A DNA stretch of 64,000 nt, from NCBI GenBank assembly GCA_017640445.1, contig JAEPQQ010000003.1:42543-106542 (forward strand), written 5' to 3'. Positions 57,643 through 64,000 of the stretch are shown in pieces. Source of the DNA: Bacteroidia bacterium. GTDB lineage: Bacteria > Bacteroidota > Bacteroidia > NS11-12g > UBA9320. The notes under the pieces were generated by a model. That model did no database searches. It was given only the letters and a program-made list of their open reading frames with translations, and was not told the origin of the DNA. How positions within the stretch are numbered: the stretch's first letter is position 1; the number at the start of each line of letters is the position of its first letter. A program made the position numbers and the translations under genes.

Positions 57643-58898
57643 GTCCAGTCCACAAATCTTACGACTCAAGTGTATCAATATGTGGACTCCGTTTGAAGGC
57701 TTTAAATAATAATTACGCCAAAATCATAAAACCACTTCTAGTAAATGAGAACCCTAACGGTTTTATAACTCGGGGCCCATACTCTGTAAAGGACCACAAA
57801 TGCTTCACCTACAGCATGCTTAAAGGCAGTTTAGATACTATGGTCTTAAAAGGTATTAATAACCAAAAGTTAATCAACAAACTAATATTACAGGAAACCA
57901 AGATTGATGACACAGTGTATAGTCGCTACCCTTTTCTTTTAAGACATTTCAACACAAAAAAACTCAAGATTAACACCTACAAAGCTTTAAAAATAATACA
58001 AGAAAAAAGTCAAAGTACAGAGGAGATATTCAGCCGACTCAGATGCATTCAGGACATACACAATGGAACCTATAGAATTTCTCTTAACCCTGAAACAGAT
58101 GGAAGAGTTCACACTCCTATCACCTCGTTGCCAAAAAGTGTTAGGCAACATGTTTCATACAACGGAAAACCGTTGGTTGAGATCGATATTTCGAATGCCG
58201 TCCCATTTTTCATATTCCTTTTCCTTAAAACTTCACACCAAAAAAACACCCCTAAAGTCTTTTCATCAAGTACTAACAACTGCTACCCTTTAGCTTCATT
58301 TCTTGATGTTTTAAGTTCTGTAGCCTTTATAACCTATTCTATGATTCTCAAAAAGCTGAGGCACGTTGATACCAATGAGTTTGAGCTCTTGCGCAGAACA
58401 ACTACGACAGGAACATTTTACGACCAATTCGTAGAAGATTTTAAAGAGTCCCATTCATACGCTGAATTAAAAAAAATGTCAATCGAAAATGGTGCTGATT
58501 TTAACGGAAGTCATAAAGACATAAAGAGGATTGTTAAAAAGAGAATGTTATCAATGATCTACGCTAAACCAAAGGGTTTCAAAAAAGAACAGGCAATATT
58601 TGCTAGACACTTTCCAACACTACTCCTTGCATTAAACTCGGCTAAAATCTCAGGCAAAGGCAAAGAAAGATACAAGAACCTTTCTCATTTGTTTATGCAG
58701 TTTGAAGCAAGCATCATGATAAATCTATGTGCACGTAGGTTCAATCAAAAGTTTGCGAGACATGCTCCTATATTTACCTTACATGACTGTCTAATTACAA
58801 CTGCTGATTACGCAGCTAAGCTTCAAGAGATAATAGAATCTGAATTTCTAGAGCATTTTTCAGTAAAGCCGAAACTTAAACGACAAATATGGAATTAA
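57636..58898 (+). CDS. Family A polymerase-like protein (palm/fingers only), putative element replication protein
   Basis: DGRVH, motif A-like VEIDIS, motif B-like KxxxK(x7)Y (KRIVKKRMLSMIY), QFEASIM, motif C-like TLHDC, in canonical order. Confidence 0.6.
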   Translation: MLGPVHKSYDSSVSICGLRLKALNNNYAKIIKPLLVNENPNGFITRGPYSVKDHKCFTYSMLKGSLDTMVLKGINNQKLINKLILQETKIDDTVYSRYPFLLRHFNTKKLKINTYKALKIIQEKSQSTEEIFSRLRCIQDIHNGTYRISLNPETDGRVHTPITSLPKSVRQHVSYNGKPLVEIDISNAVPFFIFLFLKTSHQKNTPKVFSSSTNNCYPLASFLDVLSSVAFITYSMILKKLRHVDTNEFELLRRTTTTGTFYDQFVEDFKESHSYAELKKMSIENGADFNGSHKDIKRIVKKRMLSMIYAKPKGFKKEQAIFARHFPTLLLALNSAKISGKGKERYKNLSHLFMQFEASIMINLCARRFNQKFARHAPIFTLHDCLITTADYAAKLQEIIESEFLEHFSVKPKLKRQIWN

Positions 58899-58904
58899 TA
58901 TAAT

Positions 58905-59279
58905 TCATGTAACAAAGTATATGTGTTGAATATTGGAATTCCTTCTGGAAACTAGAATTATTGACTGGCCTGTACCAGCTTGGAGTAAAATGTCAACTAA
59001 CTCGCCATCCGCATCCTCACAGCGATAGATATAGCTCGTGTTATTTCGCTCAATTTTATCAATCACATACTCTCTGGCTCCTCTTTTCGGAGTGTAGATG
59101 GACAAAATCATAGATACAGCATCAATTGACACACTTCCTGAAGTCGGCTTGATCATAGTGTGGTTTGGCTTAACACCCTTGCGAGCAATCAGATGACCTG
59201 TGATTCTAAACTCTATTTGAGCCAAGGATGGCTGGGAGAAACCGATAGAAGCAATTAATAGGAGGATAAGGTTTTTCAT
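58905..59279 (-). CDS. Small exported hypothetical protein
   Basis: Signal peptide MKNLILLLIASIGFSQPSLA; minus-strand TATCTTTG at 59333-59340. Confidence 0.6.
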   Translation of the reverse strand: MKNLILLLIASIGFSQPSLAQIEFRITGHLIARKGVKPNHTMIKPTSGSVSIDAVSMILSIYTPKRGAREYVIDKIERNNTSYIYRCEDADGELVDILLQAGTGQSIILVSRRNSNIQHIYFVT

Positions 59280-59407
59280 AGAATCAAATGATTATCGTGT
59301 GTAACTGATTTTAATGACTATTTGAAGTTTTGCAAAGATACACATTATTTGCCCATGGTTGACATATATGTTTACCTTCAAAGTTATTATTAGGTTCATC
59401 TTGCCTT

Positions 59408-59638
59408 GTGGCAAAGGATAACTTTGAATATGAACAGGTGCAAAAGGCATTTGGAGAAAGAATTAGAAAACTTCGGGAGGCCAAAGGCATGTCGTTACTT
59501 GATTTAGGCGTCATTACAGGGTTAGAAAAAACAGCCATATCACGCATCGAAAATGGGCGAACGAACGTAACACTTAGAACAGTCACCAAGCTCGCCAGAG
59601 GACTCAACACTGACCTGTTGGAACTTTTTAAGGAATGA
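59408..59638 (+). CDS. XRE-family HTH transcriptional regulator
   Basis: FGERIRKLR...GMS...L....G.....ISRIENG..NVTL..V.KLA..L. Confidence 0.88.
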   Translation: MAKDNFEYEQVQKAFGERIRKLREAKGMSLLDLGVITGLEKTAISRIENGRTNVTLRTVTKLARGLNTDLLELFKE

Positions 59639-59901
59639 CCTGGAAGGGGAGACACCTCATCCCGTTCAGTTTATTTGCAACGCGACAATCAATCGACTAC
59701 TTCTACGTGAGGCAACTGAGCGCCAAGTGTAGGCGGTAAAGAGAGGCATGCTTTAGAGCTGATTTTTTAAGTTACAACTCCATCCATAATTGAAATCAAT
59801 CGTATTATATAATGTATAATAGTATTTAATGGAGCTTTTAAGTAAATATTAAAATACATTTTGGGTGTGAATTAAGGAGGTGGTCGTTAGCGGTTTTGGA
59901 A

Positions 59902-60522
59902 TTACCAAGGTCGAGACCTTGATAGCTTTAGCTTCTCTTTAATTTCCGCATCGTCTTTAAATGATTCTAAAAGGCTTATCTCTCCTAGTTCTTTGGCTTG
60001 ATGCTTCCTCATTTCCCAATAGCTGTTATACGCACCGGGCAGTAGCCAAATAACGATGCATTGTTTGTTGTCTTGAAAATCATGTTGTATTTCTGAGACA
60101 TGGAAATAAGTTGTTCCTAGAAATTCTTTAAAAAACGGGAGTTGAACTATCTCACCTTTCCGAGGCACAACATGAAGATGATCATAATTCAAATTAATTG
60201 ACTCCCCAAATCCCTTAACGTAAAAAACGTACGAAACCTCAGCCGTGTTGAAAGGAAATTCTTCAGCCATCGGATAACTAGCAAGGTCATCATGTATGTT
60301 CTTAATTTGCTTACGAACTACATCGTAACTTTTGTTCACAGATAAACAAATGTTTTTGATTGTTGGCAGCGCTTGATCTTCATTACGATAGTAGTCTTCT
60401 TGAAGAAGACAATTGAGAATATCTCGATAACTTTTGTCTAAGTTTACAAATTTCTGTGCTCTTGATCTTTGGGAACATATATCCAAAATCATTCCCTTGG
60501 TTGACATTTTTCTCTGCATCAT
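59902..60522 (-). CDS. Hypothetical protein (possible N-terminal winged HTH)
   Basis: ORF with LPTIKNIC...SYDVVRKQIK HTH-like segment; start uncertain (60591, 60522 or 60507). Confidence 0.55.
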   Translation of the reverse strand: MMQRKMSTKGMILDICSQRSRAQKFVNLDKSYRDILNCLLQEDYYRNEDQALPTIKNICLSVNKSYDVVRKQIKNIHDDLASYPMAEEFPFNTAEVSYVFYVKGFGESINLNYDHLHVVPRKGEIVQLPFFKEFLGTTYFHVSEIQHDFQDNKQCIVIWLLPGAYNSYWEMRKHQAKELGEISLLESFKDDAEIKEKLKLSRSRPW

Positions 60523-60632
60523 ATTCACAAGGTATACAAACTGTAATATCGTAAAGGCCTTCTCATCAGAAATAAACTCACAATTGTGCATCTTGCAAAC
60601 TCCTTTTCTAACAATTCATTTTAATTTGAAGT

Positions 60633-61517
60633 ATGACACGAATCGAATCACGATATACCCCAATTTGGACTTACACGCTTTCTGGGGTTAATTGGTCTAT
60701 TGACCAAATAAATTACGCAGACAGCAACTCATTTGGAGAAGACTACTGTTGTACAAGGTCAGGAGTAAACGCTCAATTAATTGTCTCAATGGCCTCCGTG
60801 GTCGAAGGTTCTATGCGAGAATATCTACGAAATAAAGTAATTAATTTAGACAACCTTAAGAAGCATGTATCTCAAATTGAAACTGGTGAGATTAGTTCAA
60901 TGGATGACTTGGACAAATTAAAAGAGGAAATATTTGGAACTGAACAATTAATGGACCATTTAACTAACATTAGAATAAAAAATGAAATAAAAAACGGTAA
61001 AAAAATATGGAAGGTTCTGGGAATCATATCACCAAAATTTAGAAAATATTGTGAACGCAGACTAAAATCTAAACTTGTCAAAAAGTCCCAATACAAGTTA
61101 TACTCTCAAGAAGCCTCATTGGAATTAATAGAAGAGGGCGCATGGAATAAACTAAAACAGTATTACCATAAGTCGAATACGGTTGATCTAATGTCCATTC
61201 TTAGTCGTGTTAGTGTAAACCTTTTCAACGATGTTCTCATGCTAATGAAGTTCAGACACTTTTTTGTTCATGCTAGGATCATGGTTCATACTGAGAACTC
61301 GGTTAATTTCGAGGATGGTTCATTTACTGCAATACGAGATTATTTAACCAATAAACAATTGTACAACACATCAGAAGGCTATTACATTGATAAAATTGCG
61401 CCAATAGAAATCGTTAAACATTTTCAAGACTGTGTCACCACATTTTTACAGAGTTCAGTTTACTCTGATGATTCAAGAATATCTAACTCATTAATTCAGG
61501 TCTTTGGCATTAAATGA
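60633..61517 (+). CDS. Putative HEPN-domain protein
   Basis: N-terminal helix IVSMASVVEG..R and C-terminal RxxxxH (RHFFVH, 61254-61271). Confidence 0.5.
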   Translation: MTRIESRYTPIWTYTLSGVNWSIDQINYADSNSFGEDYCCTRSGVNAQLIVSMASVVEGSMREYLRNKVINLDNLKKHVSQIETGEISSMDDLDKLKEEIFGTEQLMDHLTNIRIKNEIKNGKKIWKVLGIISPKFRKYCERRLKSKLVKKSQYKLYSQEASLELIEEGAWNKLKQYYHKSNTVDLMSILSRVSVNLFNDVLMLMKFRHFFVHARIMVHTENSVNFEDGSFTAIRDYLTNKQLYNTSEGYYIDKIAPIEIVKHFQDCVTTFLQSSVYSDDSRISNSLIQVFGIK

Positions 61518-61587
61518 TAGTAGAATTAGTACTCGTGCAGAATCAAATTAACCCGTATTACTTGAATGCATGTAAAAACACAACGAT

Positions 61588-62292
61588 TCACACCATCAAT
61601 TTCTCCAAATAGTCCTTCGTTACCCTCCAGTTGGGATAAAGCTTTTCTAAAAGGTCGAAGAACGCTTTACTGTGGTTTAAATGAGCCAAATGACAAAGTT
61701 CATGGACAATTACATATTCTATACATTTCCTGGGCGCTTTGACCAATTCAATATTTAGGTGTATTCCTCCATTTCGGTCACAACTTCCCCATCGCTTTTT
61801 CATCCATCGATACTTCAGAACTGGCGTGCCGTTATAAAAGGAATTTGACAACGGAACCAATTCTTTAAACAGTTTCTCAAAGTACCTGGTTGCCTTGGCC
61901 TTGTACCAGGACCTGATTAGCTTCTCAACTTTTGAACTATCTGTTTTGTCTGGTAGCGACACTTCTAGCATTCCACCATGCAGTTTTACACTTTCGACAT
62001 CGTTCAGGATAAGTTTCAACTTGTATTGCTTGCCTAAATAAAGATGCGTTTCTCCGCTTACAAACTTCCTAGGTGGAGTTATTGGATGAAAAGACAAGAA
62101 AAAATCCTGTTGTCTTAATATCCATGCAGCCTTGCTTTTAACTTTCGTTTGAACATCTTCATTCGTAGCATCTAAAGGAGCTATCACACGAACGCTTTTG
62201 TCAGGATACACCTTTATCCCTAACGTCTTTCTTTCAGCATACTCTAATGAGTAGCCAATCGTTGAGGTGCCGTATTGAATCTGATCCTGCAT
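61588..62292 (-). CDS. YgjP/DUF45 (SprT/M48-like) zinc metallohydrolase associated with type I RM
   Basis: RKTL.I.V, GE...YLG, KRWGSC, YVIVHELCH...NHS..F; TAATG coupling to hsdR. Confidence 0.9.
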   Translation of the reverse strand: MQDQIQYGTSTIGYSLEYAERKTLGIKVYPDKSVRVIAPLDATNEDVQTKVKSKAAWILRQQDFFLSFHPITPPRKFVSGETHLYLGKQYKLKLILNDVESVKLHGGMLEVSLPDKTDSSKVEKLIRSWYKAKATRYFEKLFKELVPLSNSFYNGTPVLKYRWMKKRWGSCDRNGGIHLNIELVKAPRKCIEYVIVHELCHLAHLNHSKAFFDLLEKLYPNWRVTKDYLEKLMV

Positions 62293-64000
62293 TATTGATA
62301 CTTTAAGATGGCAATTTTCAAACATTCTTCGTTTATCGCATCAATCTTGCTCCAGTCTGTATCCACGTCGTATTTTGTCATAAGATCGTACAAGGCATCA
62401 CCAATTCCAATGTTAATTTTACCTACGATGTCTTCATTTTTATGCCAATCGACAATCTTTTTACTGTTCAAATAGATATGTTCCTTAACCATATTATCAA
62501 TCGACAAACTAACCTCAATGTGAAATTCCGTTTTCATCAACTCAGCGTCTTCAAAGATTGATTTACTGAAATTGTAAAAAGCCAGTGCCACTTCATTATT
62601 TGCAAGTTGCTCTGGCGCTCCTTCTGATCTACCTGTAAGGAATTTATCTTCGTGTTCTTTAGCCCTTTTTAGGTACTCCACTTCACTGATTCTCTTCTGA
62701 TGGTAGTCCGCAATTGTCTCTTTAATTAAATCTGCCAATTTCTTATAATAGATCGGGTCTTCCTGCATTTTTACATTTATTGCCTTGACCGTTCTGCTGG
62801 CTATATGATCAGCCTGGGCTGCTTTGCCTACAAGCTTTTCAACTTCTGCATCCCTTTCTTCCTTATCAAAAATATTCACCAACTCGGTGATCTTCAAGAT
62901 ATCTCCTTCAGTGGAAATGTGTTTATTGATCAACTTTTGAATTTGAGGTTCAAACTCTTTGTATGATATATCATCATTATACCTTCTCGTTACATCAACA
63001 CGAAGTTTAAGGAAGAACTTTGCGTCCTTTTTGAACGTATCTATATTCATTACATCAGTGTTAGTGACAAAGTCAACTGATGATAGTGCCATTTTAAGCA
63101 ACCGAGCGAATTGACTTACTTTCTCATAAAATTTATTTCGTCTGTCTTCAGCGGACAAATGCTCCTCATATGCAGTGACTTCAACATGCTTACCTTTTAA
63201 CGTTTTAAATATGTCCCAAACCTCAGAATGTGCTTGAGGAAGTTTCTTAATTTCTTCATTCAGTTTACTAAACGTGCCTTCCAAATCAGATTCATCAAAA
63301 CCTACCAAACCAGTAATTCCAGAATAGGTACTTAAGGCAGAGTCAAGGTTTTCTAGGTTGCCATAATAATCAATGATATAACCATAGTCTTTCCCAGGAT
63401 AAACTCGATTTACCCTTGCCACAGCTTGGAGTAAAGTGTGCTCTTTTAATGACCTGCACAGATATAGTACAGTATTATTTGGTGCATCAAAACCAGTAAG
63501 CAGCTTCGCAACCACGATTAAAATCTCTGGGTGGTCTCGTTTTTTGAACTGATTAATAATAGCCTTTTCATACTTTTTGACACTGCCATATTTGTCAATC
63601 ATTGAGTCGAAGTATTTATCCTCACGATCTTTCTCGTCGTTGATATTATAATAGGCATCTTCGGCACCTTCCCGCTGGTCTGATTGGGTTACTATAACTT
63701 CAGTGCTGACCATACCAATTTCATCCATATACTGTTTATACAGCAAGGCTGTTTTGATTGTTGGTGCAACAAGCTGCCCTTTGGGTTTGTATTTGTTGTC
63801 ATTCGTCTGAAAAAAGTTGGCGTAATGTTCACTAATATCCCAAGCACGATGGTAAACCACAGCCTCAGCTTTGTTCAATTCATTTATGGTGTTAAACTTC
63901 TTTTTTAAGCGTCCCTTCCCATATTCTGTGAGTGGTTCAGAAACCTTGTCAAAAAACCGATTAATTGGATCTTCATTTATTGTTATCAGATTGTGCCTTC
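62292..64000 (-). CDS. hsdR: Type I restriction endonuclease subunit R (3' part; 5' end outside the window)
   Basis: ILIVVAKLLTGFDAP, LY, HTLLQAVARVNR, GYIIDY. The frame stays open to base 64000. Confidence 0.92.
   Translation of the reverse strand, partial: RHNLITINEDPINRFFDKVSEPLTEYGKGRLKKKFNTINELNKAEAVVYHRAWDISEHYANFFQTNDNKYKPKGQLVAPTIKTALLYKQYMDEIGMVSTEVIVTQSDQREGAEDAYYNINDEKDREDKYFDSMIDKYGSVKKYEKAIINQFKKRDHPEILIVVAKLLTGFDAPNNTVLYLCRSLKEHTLLQAVARVNRVYPGKDYGYIIDYYGNLENLDSALSTYSGITGLVGFDESDLEGTFSKLNEEIKKLPQAHSEVWDIFKTLKGKHVEVTAYEEHLSAEDRRNKFYEKVSQFARLLKMALSSVDFVTNTDVMNIDTFKKDAKFFLKLRVDVTRRYNDDISYKEFEPQIQKLINKHISTEGDILKITELVNIFDKEERDAEVEKLVGKAAQADHIASRTVKAINVKMQEDPIYYKKLADLIKETIADYHQKRISEVEYLKRAKEHEDKFLTGRSEGAPEQLANNEVALAFYNFSKSIFEDAELMKTEFHIEVSLSIDNMVKEHIYLNSKKIVDWHKNEDIVGKINIGIGDALYDLMTKYDVDTDWSKIDAINEECLKIAILKYQ

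Larger units (their letters stand above)
54596..64000. mobile_element. Integrative element/genomic island (left end only; continues past the window)
   Basis: Visible shift to AT-rich sequence near 54620; tyrosine integrase at the edge, then HTH/excisionase, replication-like gene, XRE regulator and type I RM cargo. Confidence 0.8.

Noticed and set aside
59640-59900. Locally GC-richer non-coding stretch in the island (possible oriT or RNA)
   Set aside because: I found no convincing stem, repeat or ORF by eye; unsupported without comparative data.

Overview
Chromosomal segment from a Bacteroidota bacterium, judged from T9SS/gliding-motility C-terminal domains, TAnnTTTG -7 promoter boxes and DUF4294/Omp28 genes. 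Bases 1 to ~43.7 kb are mostly housekeeping and envelope genes (degP, ECF sigma, dapF, bshB1, uvrA, rsmI, lnt, lipB, meaB, mgtE, rsmA, lpxK, fabD, gltX) plus secreted repeat proteins. That part also holds a Kelch protein/two-component module flanked by two matching CTTAA repeat arrays and a structured, ORF-free intergenic region that may be an sRNA. 43.8-52.9 kb is a tightly coupled, functionally unexplained operon: long coiled-coil protein, unknown protein, classic-clade AAA ATPase with an atypical Walker B, DUF6638-like protein, two membrane proteins and a MORN/TonB-C protein. This is the best candidate for an undescribed system. From ~54.6 kb to the window end lies an AT-rich integrative element with a tyrosine integrase, an excisionase-like HTH preceded by 11-bp phased repeats, a minimal family-A-polymerase-like protein, an XRE regulator, a candidate HEPN nuclease, a YgjP-like protein and the 3' part of a type I hsdR. 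All family calls come from motif recognition by eye; no database searches were run.
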